Source: Candidatus Binatia bacterium (GTDB lineage Bacteria; Desulfobacterota; Binatia; UBA9968). From it: 39,455 bases of DNA. Shown here piece after piece: positions 17,249 through 25,280 of this stretch (positions are counted from its first letter, which is position 1; every line of letters begins with the position of its first letter). The notes under the pieces were generated by a model. The model saw nothing but the letters and a program-made list of their open reading frames with translations. It made no database searches and had not been told where the DNA came from. Position numbers and translations under genes: made by a program. The stretch covers positions 1 through 39,455 of the forward strand of contig DASWCL010000292.1 of assembly GCA_036390135.1 (NCBI GenBank), written 5' to 3'.

Positions 17249-19648
17249 TTAGTGATACATCTCCAAGAGCTCGACCATGTCAAGCTGACGCATCTGTTCG
17301 AACAAATAGCGCTTAATTTCACCCACCGTGTCCATCTCGAGAACGATCTCTGCCGTCGCCTTCGCAGCTTGGTAGCTGATCGATCGAATCGCTTTCTTTA
17401 TGACGGGAATATAAAGAGAGCCTGTACTGAACTCTTCCAAACCCATTCCCAAGAGTAAAATTGCGCACAGCGGGTCGCCGGCCATCTCGCCGCACATGCC
17501 GACTCGCTTGCCTTCTCTCTTACCCGCGGTGATGGTTGCGTTCAGAGCGGACAACACCGCGGGATGCAAGGGCTCGTAGAGGTTTGCCACTTTTCGATTG
17601 CTGCGATCGACGGCGAGGATGTATTGAATCAGATCATTCGTTCCGATGCTCAGGAAATCCACCTCGCGCAAAAACCGCTCGGCAAGTTGAACCGCGGCAG
17701 GCACTTCGACCATAATCCCAAGCTCCATTTGCCGATCATAAGGAGTGCCCTCGTGATCAAGCTCGCTCTTAGCTTCGGTGAGAATTTCTTTGACTTTTTG
17801 AATTTCCTCGAGGCTCGTGACCATGGGAATTAGCAAGCGAACCCGGCCGAGTTCGCCGACCCGAAGAATGGCCCGCAGCTGGGTTTTAAAGATTTCCTCG
17901 ACTTCGAGCGAAATGCGAATTGAGCGCCAGCCCAAAAAAGGATTTGGCTCGATGGTCGCGCTGCGCATGTAAGTCGGATATTTATCCGCACCAATATCCA
18001 AAGTTCGGATCGTGACGGGCTTACCCACCATGCTCTCGACTACCCGGCTGTAAAGCGAATACTGCTCTTCTTCGCTGGGAAAATCCCGGTGCGACAGAAA
18101 CGGGATTTCAGTGCGGTAAAGGCCGATTCCCTGCGCGCCGTGAAGCTGGGCAAAGGCGACATCGCTTAACAAGCCGATATTTGCGTAAAGCGACACGCGC
18201 CGACCGTCGGTGGTTTCAGGAGGTAAATTTTTGAGCCCGCTGAGTTCGCGGTTCAACGCGGCATAATCCTTTTCCAGGCGATTATACTCGCGGGTCACTT
18301 CCGGGTTGGGGTTGACATGGACATTGCCCGCGTTGCCATCCACGATCAGCATATCGTCGTTATGGATGGAGTCCATGAGTCCTTCAATGGCGACCACGCT
18401 GGGAATCTCGAAAGACTTGGCGAGGATCGATGCGTGGGAAGTAACGCCGCCGGTCGCCAGCGCGATGCCTTTGAACTTGTCGCCCTCGAGCATGCTCAGA
18501 TCCGCCGGCGAGAGATCTTCGGCGACCAAGACCGCGTCGTCGGGAATATTATATTGTTGGCCCGCTGCGCCGGATAGGTTTTCCAAAAGCCTTTGCGCGG
18601 CGTCTTTGACATCGGTGGTTCGCTCGCGCAGGTAGTTATCCTCGAGGTTCGCGATCGATTGCAAATAGCGCTCGAAGACGACCTTAATCGCATAGTCGGC
18701 CGTATAGCCTTCTTTAAGAATTTGATTTTCGATCTGCTGGATGATTGTCGGATCTTCCAAGATGAGCCGGTAGACATCGAAGATCGCGTTTTCCTCCTTG
18801 GAGATCAGTTGATTCATGCGTGTCTTAACAACGTTGACCTGGTCGATGCCGCGCTCGACGGCGCCGCGAAAGCGTTCCATTTCACGCTGCCGATTTGTCG
18901 CTTTTTTCTTTTTGATTGCGCTCAAATCCATGCGCGGCTCCAAAACGAACGCACGGCCGCGACCGAAACCGGGCGACGCGGCCAAACCGTTCAAACGGCC
19001 GCGCCAGTGCAGTTTGGATTTCGCTGCTTTCTCGCGGCGATTGCCTTCGTAGGAGCGCAGCTTGCGCATGGCGTCGTTCATGCGCTTCTCAAAGTCCTTG
19101 CGCTCCTCTTCTTTACTCTTGAGGGATTCTGCGAGTCGGGCTTGGACGATGATACTTGCGGCTTGCGCAGAGATCGCCTTGAGCAGGCGGATTTCGTCGC
19201 GGGAAAATTCGCGCCGTCGCGAAGTCTGCACGACCAAAACGCCAAGAGGCAGTTTCCCTTCAATCAGCGGCACGCCGAGAAAAGAGTGAAAATGTTCTTC
19301 ATGGGTTTCCGGAAAATACTTGTAGCGCGGATGAGCGAGCGTGTCGGCGACCATTACCGGCCGCATTCTCTCAATGACTAACCCGGTGAGACCTTCGCTG
19401 GTGCCCATCGAGACTTTGTCGACGGATTCAGGGTCCAATCCTCTGGTTGCGCGCAGCGTCAGGCGGTTTTTTTTTCGGTCGAGAATGTAGATGGAACAAA
19501 CTTCAGTCTGCACTCGGTCCACCACGGTGGCGACGATCCGATCGAGGGTTTCTTGGAGGTCGTGAGAATGACTGATGAGGGTGCTGATATCCTCAAGGAT
19601 GTCGAGGTGCGGCGGACTGTTGCGGGTATTTGTTTTTATTTTTGCCAT
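17249..19648 (-). CDS. ptsP: Phosphoenolpyruvate-protein phosphotransferase with N-terminal GAF domain (EI-Ntr)
   Basis: 799 aa. N-terminal GAF-like region, phosphohistidine motif GGVTSHASILAKSFEIPSV, PEP-utilising TIM barrel with IGTNDLIQY and GMCGEMAG. Confidence 0.9.
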   Translation of the reverse strand: MAKIKTNTRNSPPHLDILEDISTLISHSHDLQETLDRIVATVVDRVQTEVCSIYILDRKKNRLTLRATRGLDPESVDKVSMGTSEGLTGLVIERMRPVMVADTLAHPRYKYFPETHEEHFHSFLGVPLIEGKLPLGVLVVQTSRRREFSRDEIRLLKAISAQAASIIVQARLAESLKSKEEERKDFEKRMNDAMRKLRSYEGNRREKAAKSKLHWRGRLNGLAASPGFGRGRAFVLEPRMDLSAIKKKKATNRQREMERFRGAVERGIDQVNVVKTRMNQLISKEENAIFDVYRLILEDPTIIQQIENQILKEGYTADYAIKVVFERYLQSIANLEDNYLRERTTDVKDAAQRLLENLSGAAGQQYNIPDDAVLVAEDLSPADLSMLEGDKFKGIALATGGVTSHASILAKSFEIPSVVAIEGLMDSIHNDDMLIVDGNAGNVHVNPNPEVTREYNRLEKDYAALNRELSGLKNLPPETTDGRRVSLYANIGLLSDVAFAQLHGAQGIGLYRTEIPFLSHRDFPSEEEQYSLYSRVVESMVGKPVTIRTLDIGADKYPTYMRSATIEPNPFLGWRSIRISLEVEEIFKTQLRAILRVGELGRVRLLIPMVTSLEEIQKVKEILTEAKSELDHEGTPYDRQMELGIMVEVPAAVQLAERFLREVDFLSIGTNDLIQYILAVDRSNRKVANLYEPLHPAVLSALNATITAGKREGKRVGMCGEMAGDPLCAILLLGMGLEEFSTGSLYIPVIKKAIRSISYQAAKATAEIVLEMDTVGEIKRYLFEQMRQLDMVELLEMYH

Positions 19649-19724
19649 GGCTGCAGCGGAAAAAAACCGCGCTTTCTATAAAACACAATTCCTGACCTTT
19701 CGCTAGGCAAGAACCGGGTAGCAG

Positions 19725-20786
19725 CTACTGCGGAAGCGATTGCAAGGTGCGATGATGCCGGCTAAACGGCATTTGCGCGAAAGTAAAGCGCCCGGGAATG
19801 ACTTCGCCACAAGAGCAGCGATCGCCGTTCATGCGCTTTTCGATGATCTCGTGCCACGAACGACGGATCAGCGCGCGCCGGCATGCCGGACAATAGGTTG
19901 TTTGTCCTTCATCGTGATGAACATTGCCGACGTAGCAAAATTTGATGCCGCATGATTTAGCGATTGCCCGTGCTCGCGTCAGCGTCACGGCCGGTGTTCG
20001 GGGTTTATCGATGAGCTTAAAGTCGGGATGAAATGCCGTAAAGTGCAGCGGCACCGCGTCACCGAGATTTTCCACAACCCAATCGCAAAGCCGCTTGGTC
20101 TCGTCGGCATCGTCATTCTCACCGGGAATCATTAAATTGGTGATCTCGAACCAGATTTCGGTTTCATGTTTCAACCACTTGAGCGTGTCGAGCACCGGAT
20201 CGAGGTGCGAAAAAGTGAGCTTGTGATAAAAACGTTCCGTGAACGCTTTGAGGTCGACGTTGGCGGCATCGATATGGCGAAAGACTTCCGGACGAGCTTC
20301 AGGCGTGATGTAACCCGCCGTCACCATCACGCTATTCAGACCCGTTTGCCGCGCCAGCCGGGATATATCGATAACGAACTCGCCCCAAATCACCGGATCG
20401 TTGTAAGTGAAAGCAAGGCTCGGCACTTTGTGCTTTAGCGCAAGCTCAACCACCTTTTCTGGAGATGCCTGAAGACTCTGCGCGTCGTCGAGTTTTGCCT
20501 TGCTGATGCTCCAGTTCTGACAGAAGCGGCAGCCCAAGTTGCAGCCGGCGGTGCCAAAGCTCAGGATTTCGCTCCCAGGGAGAAAGTGATTGAGCGGTTT
20601 TTTCTCGATGGGATCGATGGCGAAGCCTGTCGAAGCGCCATAGCCAAGCGAATAAAGCTTACCGCCGACATTTTTCCGGATATAGCAGAAACCGGCTTGG
20701 CCGTCGCCGATGCGGCACAAACGCGGGCAAAGTGTGCAGAGGAGCTTGCCGTCAGCCTCGGCATGCCACCACAGGGCTTCTTTCAT
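19725..20786 (-). CDS. AmmeMemoRadiSam-system-type radical SAM enzyme
   Basis: Trimmed to the ATG at 20786 (MKEALWWHAE..GKLLCTLCPRLC). CxxxCxxC cluster in GCNLGCRFCQNW, plus a C-terminal Cys-rich tail (YCPACRR...CSCG) typical of this subfamily. Confidence 0.8.
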   Translation of the reverse strand: MKEALWWHAEADGKLLCTLCPRLCRIGDGQAGFCYIRKNVGGKLYSLGYGASTGFAIDPIEKKPLNHFLPGSEILSFGTAGCNLGCRFCQNWSISKAKLDDAQSLQASPEKVVELALKHKVPSLAFTYNDPVIWGEFVIDISRLARQTGLNSVMVTAGYITPEARPEVFRHIDAANVDLKAFTERFYHKLTFSHLDPVLDTLKWLKHETEIWFEITNLMIPGENDDADETKRLCDWVVENLGDAVPLHFTAFHPDFKLIDKPRTPAVTLTRARAIAKSCGIKFCYVGNVHHDEGQTTYCPACRRALIRRSWHEIIEKRMNGDRCSCGEVIPGRFTFAQMPFSRHHRTLQSLPQ

Positions 20787-20864
20787 GAAAGAAAATATCC
20801 CGCTTTTGAGGCGAAGTGGCAAGGGTTGAGAATCCGTCGCCGGGTCCGCATTTTTTTGATGTTG

Positions 20865-20873
20865 TGTTATAGT
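20865..20873 (+). promoter_or_regulatory. Candidate extended -10 promoter (TGtTATAGT)
   Basis: TG at 20865-20866 and TATAGT at 20868-20873, only 7 nt before the ATG at 20881. There is no SD sequence in between. Confidence 0.3.
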
Positions 20874-20880
20874 CAAAACC

Positions 20881-21291
20881 ATGGGTCGAATTGCCGGACT
20901 CAAGGGCATGCGCCACATCGCCCTCAAAGTTAAAGATGTGGCGCGGTCAAAAAACTTTTACCAGGAAATTCTCGGGATGGATGTAGTCTGGGAGCCCGAC
21001 CCGCAAAACGTCTATCTTTCTTCCGGCTGCGACAACATCGCGATCCACGGCGTTTCTGCGAATTTCACGAGCGACGCTGAGGAGAGGCAACTGGATCATT
21101 TGGGCTTCGTGGTTGAAAGCATCGCCCGCGTGAAAGAGCTGGAACAGGAGTTCGTTGCCAAAGGCGTGCGGATCGTTCACCCGTTCAAGATTCATCGCGA
21201 CGGCAGCGCGTCATTTTACTGCACCGATCCCGACGGCATCGTCATCCAAATGCTTTACGAGCCGCAGTTGAGCCAGCAGACGATCACATGA
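20881..21291 (+). CDS. VOC (glyoxalase/bleomycin resistance/dioxygenase) family protein
   Basis: 136 aa. MRHIALKVKDVARSKNFYQEILGM and HLGFVVE blocks are typical of the paired beta-alpha-beta-beta-beta fold. Alternative ATG at 20908. Confidence 0.8.
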   Translation: MGRIAGLKGMRHIALKVKDVARSKNFYQEILGMDVVWEPDPQNVYLSSGCDNIAIHGVSANFTSDAEERQLDHLGFVVESIARVKELEQEFVAKGVRIVHPFKIHRDGSASFYCTDPDGIVIQMLYEPQLSQQTIT

Positions 21292-21330
21292 GCTAGAAGT
21301 GTTTCTTGTGGAGCATTCGCGTCTTGCAGC

Positions 21331-22401
21331 ATGCTCATGAAGATTAACCGCATCGAATTCATTCCGCACCGTCTCCAGCGCAAAGTGCGCTGGCAGACCG
21401 CAAGCTACAGCGCCGATTCGCTGCAACTGTTTTACGTCAAGCTGCACAGCGAAAACGGCTTGACCGGCATCGGCGCGGCGTCGATTCTACCGACACGGGC
21501 GGCGACGTTTGAGCCGGGTATGGCCACGCTCAAGTCGGCGACGCAGTTCTTTATCGGGCGCAATTCCAGCCAAATCGATAGTTTGATGAACGAACTGGCT
21601 CAAGCCATGCCGGACTTTCCGTATCACAAAGTCGCGATGGAGATGGCGCTGTTCGACTTGCAAGCGAAGGCACAAAAAGTTTCGCTTGCCGAGCTGTTAG
21701 GCGGCAAAAAGCGCAACGTTATTCCGGTCCTCAAGATGCTCGGCATGGGCACGACCGAATGGATGGCCGAGCGCGCCGCGCAGTTTGCCACACGGGGTTA
21801 TCGTTATCTCAAAGTAAAATTGGGCGCGGGCGCACGCCAGGATATCGAGTGCTTCTCGGCGATCCGCGAAAGCGTCGGCACCGGCGTGACGCTGACCGCG
21901 GATTTTAACGGTGCGTATGATGCAGCGACGGCGATCGACGTAATCATCAAGCTCACGCCCGCGGGATTGACCATGGCTGAGCAGCCGGTGCCGGCGAAAG
22001 ACTTGGCGGGCATGGCGGCCGTTACAGCTGCGGTTAAACCGCTGATTCTGGCCGATCAATCGATCAATTCAGCCGAGGACGTCTACGCGGTGGCGCGACG
22101 CAAAGCGGCCGGCGCGGTGAGCATTAAGTTGCTTAAGCTCGGCGGGATTCGCCAGAGCCGCGCGGTGGTCGAAGCCTGCCAATCGGTCGGACTCGCTTGT
22201 CATGTCGGCGGAACCGGATCAACTCGGCTGGTGGAAGCGGCGCAAGCCCACTTCATCAGCGCCACGCCGGGAGTCATCGTACCATCGGAGATTGCGGAGT
22301 TCGAAGAACTCGATGGCGATCTGGTCGAGGGATTAGAAGTCATCGACGGTGCGGTTCGCCTGCCCGATGGACCGGGGCTCGGTGTGAAATTAACAGTCTG
22401 A
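21331..22401 (+). CDS. Enolase superfamily enzyme, muconate-lactonising-enzyme subgroup (dipeptide epimerase / N-acylamino-acid racemase-like)
   Basis: 356 aa. KxK in YLKVKLG, metal ligands in ADFNGAY, MAEQP and LADQS, and a second catalytic Lys in SIKLLKLGG. Confidence 0.85.
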   Translation: MLMKINRIEFIPHRLQRKVRWQTASYSADSLQLFYVKLHSENGLTGIGAASILPTRAATFEPGMATLKSATQFFIGRNSSQIDSLMNELAQAMPDFPYHKVAMEMALFDLQAKAQKVSLAELLGGKKRNVIPVLKMLGMGTTEWMAERAAQFATRGYRYLKVKLGAGARQDIECFSAIRESVGTGVTLTADFNGAYDAATAIDVIIKLTPAGLTMAEQPVPAKDLAGMAAVTAAVKPLILADQSINSAEDVYAVARRKAAGAVSIKLLKLGGIRQSRAVVEACQSVGLACHVGGTGSTRLVEAAQAHFISATPGVIVPSEIAEFEELDGDLVEGLEVIDGAVRLPDGPGLGVKLTV

Positions 22402-22535
22402 CAATCAGCTTGTTTCGCTCCTGCGCCGCTTTTTGAATCACTTGACTGGGGCTAAAGGCATCGAATAACGTTCATTCGATTAGTTGTTTTGCAGCGCGCT
22501 GCTGGAAAATTCGGCGGTGAAGGGGAGCGAACGCT

Positions 22536-24212
22536 ATGTACGATCTCGTACTCAAAGGTGGGAGAATTTACGACGGCTCGGGCATGCCGAGTTACTATGG
22601 CGACGTCGCCATTCAAGACGGTAAAATCGCCGAAATCGGCCGGATCAACGGCGGCGCGAAACGAACGGTCAACGTTGACGGCTTGGCCGTGGCGCCCGGC
22701 TTTATCGATCCGCACACCCATCTCGACGCGCAATTGTTTTGGGATCCGCTCGGCACTTCTTCTTGCTTTCATGGCGTGACGTCCGTGGTCGTCGGCAATT
22801 GCGGCTTGAGCCTGGCGCCGGCAAAGCCCGAAGATCGTGACGCGGTGATCAAAAGCTTCGTGCGAGTCGAGGCGATTAGCCGGCGCGTGCTCGAAGCGGG
22901 GATTAAGTGGCAATGGACTTCGACGAGCGAGTATTTAGATGCGCTCGACACACGCCTCGGCATTAACGCCGCAGCGCTGGTCGGCCATATTGCGGTGCGC
23001 CATTACGTTATGGGCGAGGACGCGGTCGAGCGTCAGGCGACAGCCGAAGAAATTGCCAAGATGAAACAGCTCGTGCGTCAAGGCATGGAAGCGGGCGCCG
23101 TTGGTTTTTCCACCAATCAGAACCCGCGCCACATCAGGGAAGACAAAAAGCCGGTGGCGAGCCGGCTCGCGTCCGACGAAGAGCTTGGCTCGCTGTTAGA
23201 TGTCTTGGGTGAAATGAATGCGGGCGTCGTGCAATTGAGTGGCGGTGGCGCCGATGCGCGCGGCCGCATCGCCTATGCCGCCGCCATGGCGCGTCGGACG
23301 GGACGACCGGTGTTATGGCAGAGCATCAATCATAGCTGGAGCCGGCCGGATCACTGGAAGGGAATGCTGGAATCGACCGCGAAAGTTATCCAGGAAGAAG
23401 GGTTGCAGATATTCGCGATGACTCAGGCCAAACCTTTTCAGAACCGTTACACGCTACTCAATGCGCAGTGTTTCGACGAATTTCCCACCTGGAAGGCGGC
23501 AATGTTCGGTCCGGTGGAAACGCGCAAGCAGATGTTCACCGATCCCCATGTCCGAAAAAAACTCCGCGCCGAAGCGATCGAAGATCCATCGCCATCGGTT
23601 TTTCCGCGCCGATGGGACGTCATCTTCGTCGACCACGTTAAGCTATCAAAGAATAAGCCGCTGGAAAGAAAATCGGTCCAGGAGGTCGCTGCGATGCAAG
23701 GCAAGGACGGTCTGGACTGCTTTTTGGACCTTTCGCTCGAAGAAAATCTCGAAACTCGCTTTGTTCATACCAATACGCAAGGCGATCCGAGCGCGGTGTG
23801 CGAGATTCTCAAACATCCCGCCGTAATGATCGGCCAATCGGATGCCGGCGCCCATATGGGTTACGACGCTCGATTCGGTTACTCCACGGCGTTCCTCGGT
23901 TGCTGGGTGCGCGACCATGGCATTATGAATTTGGCAGACGCCGTGAACAAGTTGACCTTCCGCGTGGCATCGGTCTTTGGCTTGAACGATCGAGGTTTAC
24001 TGCGGCGCGGTTTCGCGGCCGATATCGCAATTTTCGATCCGGCAACGGTCAATACACAGGAGCCGGAATACGTTCAGGACTTGCCGGGTAATGAAACGCG
24101 GATGATCCAAAACGCCACTGGCGTACCTTATACGATCGTGAACGGCGAGATCGTTATCGAAGACGGCGCCGCGACGGAAGCCCGTCCGGGAAAAGTGTTG
24201 CGACATCAATGA
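22536..24212 (+). CDS. N-acyl-D-amino-acid deacylase (D-aminoacylase) family amidohydrolase
   Basis: 558 aa. The N-terminal YDLVLKGGRIYDGSG...VAIQDGKIAEIG...APGFIDPHTHLD signature is typical of D-aminoacylases. GGGGAG RBS. Confidence 0.85.
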   Translation: MYDLVLKGGRIYDGSGMPSYYGDVAIQDGKIAEIGRINGGAKRTVNVDGLAVAPGFIDPHTHLDAQLFWDPLGTSSCFHGVTSVVVGNCGLSLAPAKPEDRDAVIKSFVRVEAISRRVLEAGIKWQWTSTSEYLDALDTRLGINAAALVGHIAVRHYVMGEDAVERQATAEEIAKMKQLVRQGMEAGAVGFSTNQNPRHIREDKKPVASRLASDEELGSLLDVLGEMNAGVVQLSGGGADARGRIAYAAAMARRTGRPVLWQSINHSWSRPDHWKGMLESTAKVIQEEGLQIFAMTQAKPFQNRYTLLNAQCFDEFPTWKAAMFGPVETRKQMFTDPHVRKKLRAEAIEDPSPSVFPRRWDVIFVDHVKLSKNKPLERKSVQEVAAMQGKDGLDCFLDLSLEENLETRFVHTNTQGDPSAVCEILKHPAVMIGQSDAGAHMGYDARFGYSTAFLGCWVRDHGIMNLADAVNKLTFRVASVFGLNDRGLLRRGFAADIAIFDPATVNTQEPEYVQDLPGNETRMIQNATGVPYTIVNGEIVIEDGAATEARPGKVLRHQ

Positions 24213-24310
24213 TGCGCTGATTGAAATCGGCTCCGACGAAAACGCTACATCCATCAAGATAACCGCTTATCAACCGGCCCGTTTACTAAATCTCAATGCC
24301 GTCTCCTAGT

Positions 24311-24350
24311 ACTCGTGCCTGCAAACTTCGAGGTTCGCGCCACTCGTGCC
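24311..24350 (+). promoter_or_regulatory. Exact 9-bp direct repeat ACTCGTGCC (x2); candidate upstream activator sites
   Basis: Copies at 24311-24319 and 24342-24350, 31 bp apart (about three helical turns). They lie roughly 140-180 bp upstream of the sigma-54-like promoter. Confidence 0.25.
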
Positions 24351-24486
24351 CCGCGCGTCCCAGTTTTTTCCTTCATTCAAAAAGCTCATTTCGGTGACTA
24401 GGTAATTTCTTCCTGCGTTGTTCAGTTTTCCCCGTAATTGAAAAATTCGCGTTTTCGTAACCCGCTGATGTCACGACGATTCCTTG

Positions 24487-24501
24487 TGGCACGAGGGTTG
24501 C
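24487..24501 (+). promoter_or_regulatory. Sigma-54 (RpoN) type -24/-12 promoter
   Basis: TGGCACG-AGGG-TTGC at 24487-24501 matches the TGGCACG-N4-TTGC core exactly. It lies in a 450-bp ORF-free AT-richer region, about 160 nt upstream of the ATG at 24663. Confidence 0.55.
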
Positions 24502-24662
24502 CCTTACATCAATTCGGCTCGCGCACATAGTGTCGTGAGCGGGAAAAATCGACGATTTTGAGCGTAAGCGATGATCAAGGTGATTATTTTTCAGGCGTGT
24601 AATCTTATGCGATTTAAAACGTCCAATGAATTGAAAGGATTAACGGACGAAAAGGAGGTTTT

Positions 24663-24953
24663 ATGATTAGAGCATTCAAAACACTAATTATGGGAAGCGT
24701 GATTGCCGGGTCGTTGTTGACGGTGGCCGTGCCGGCTATGGCGCGAGACTATTGGCATTGGTCGGAACGTCAATCGAACTGGGAGCGTCGAGCGGACTTG
24801 CGTAGCGACTATCGCGATTTGGCCGCGGCAAGGCGCCAGCTTGACTATGATCGCGCGCACCATGCCAGCCGTCGCCGCATCGCGGCGGACATGGCGCGCA
24901 TTCGTGATATTGAAAACGATATTCGCGCTGATCGCTACGCGTACAGACGCTAA
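24663..24953 (+). CDS. Small secreted Arg/Asp/Trp/His-rich protein (module A), unknown family
   Basis: 96 aa. Strong AAGGAGG RBS, Sec-type signal peptide MIRAFKTLIMGSVIAGSLLTVAVPAMA, and a mature ~69-aa module paralogous to the following ORF. Confidence 0.7.
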   Translation: MIRAFKTLIMGSVIAGSLLTVAVPAMARDYWHWSERQSNWERRADLRSDYRDLAAARRQLDYDRAHHASRRRIAADMARIRDIENDIRADRYAYRR

Positions 24954-25191
24954 TGCCGTTGGTTCTGCGTCTCGCGATTTTGATCATCATTATGATTGGT
25001 CGCGCTCGCGCTATGAGTGGAACAGACGAGCGGATTTCCGCAATAATCGTGAAACTCTAGAGCAGCTGCGGGCGAAACGCGATTACGACGCAACCCATCA
25101 CGCCAGCCGGAAAAAGATCGCGGAAGACAATCAAGCGGTTGAGAATCTCTACAACGACATGCACGATCGCAGAGGCGGTTGGAGATGGTAA
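24841..25191 (+). CDS. Small Arg/Asp/Trp/His-rich protein (module B), paralog of 24663..24953, overlapping it out of frame
   Basis: The C-terminal 72 aa (RDFDHHYDWSRSRYEWNRRADFR...DYDATHHASRKKIAED...) align with module A (RDYWHWSERQSNWERRADLR...DYDRAHHASRRRIAAD...). Candidate starts are TTG 24841 (AAGG 7 nt upstream), ATG 24847 and ATG 24862, all inside ORF A. The overlapped segment encodes a signal-peptide-like stretch, RRTWRAFVILKTIFALIATRTDANA. Confidence 0.5.
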   Translation: MTMIARTMPAVAASRRTWRAFVILKTIFALIATRTDANAVGSASRDFDHHYDWSRSRYEWNRRADFRNNRETLEQLRAKRDYDATHHASRKKIAEDNQAVENLYNDMHDRRGGWRW

Positions 25192-25211
25192 GGCCGCTAT
25201 CAACGGCAAAT

Positions 25212-25243
25212 CGCCTGGCCGTCGAGAGCGCGACGGCCAGGCG
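25212..25243. terminator. Bidirectional terminator-like hairpin between convergent genes
   Basis: Perfect 13-bp GC-rich stem: CGCCTGGCCGTCG (25212-25224), loop AGAGCG, CGACGGCCAGGCG (25231-25243). U-tracts are weak on both strands. Confidence 0.55.
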
Positions 25244-25280
25244 CCCTATTAAAGTTTGAGTCGCCGGCGCCGCATCGCGA

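Noticed and set aside
24331-24369. Possible intrinsic terminator after the D-aminoacylase gene (GCGC stems followed by a T6 run at 24364-24369)
   Set aside because: The stem is only 4-5 bp with a loop of about 13 nt, too weak to call. The T-run may simply reflect the AT-richer spacer.
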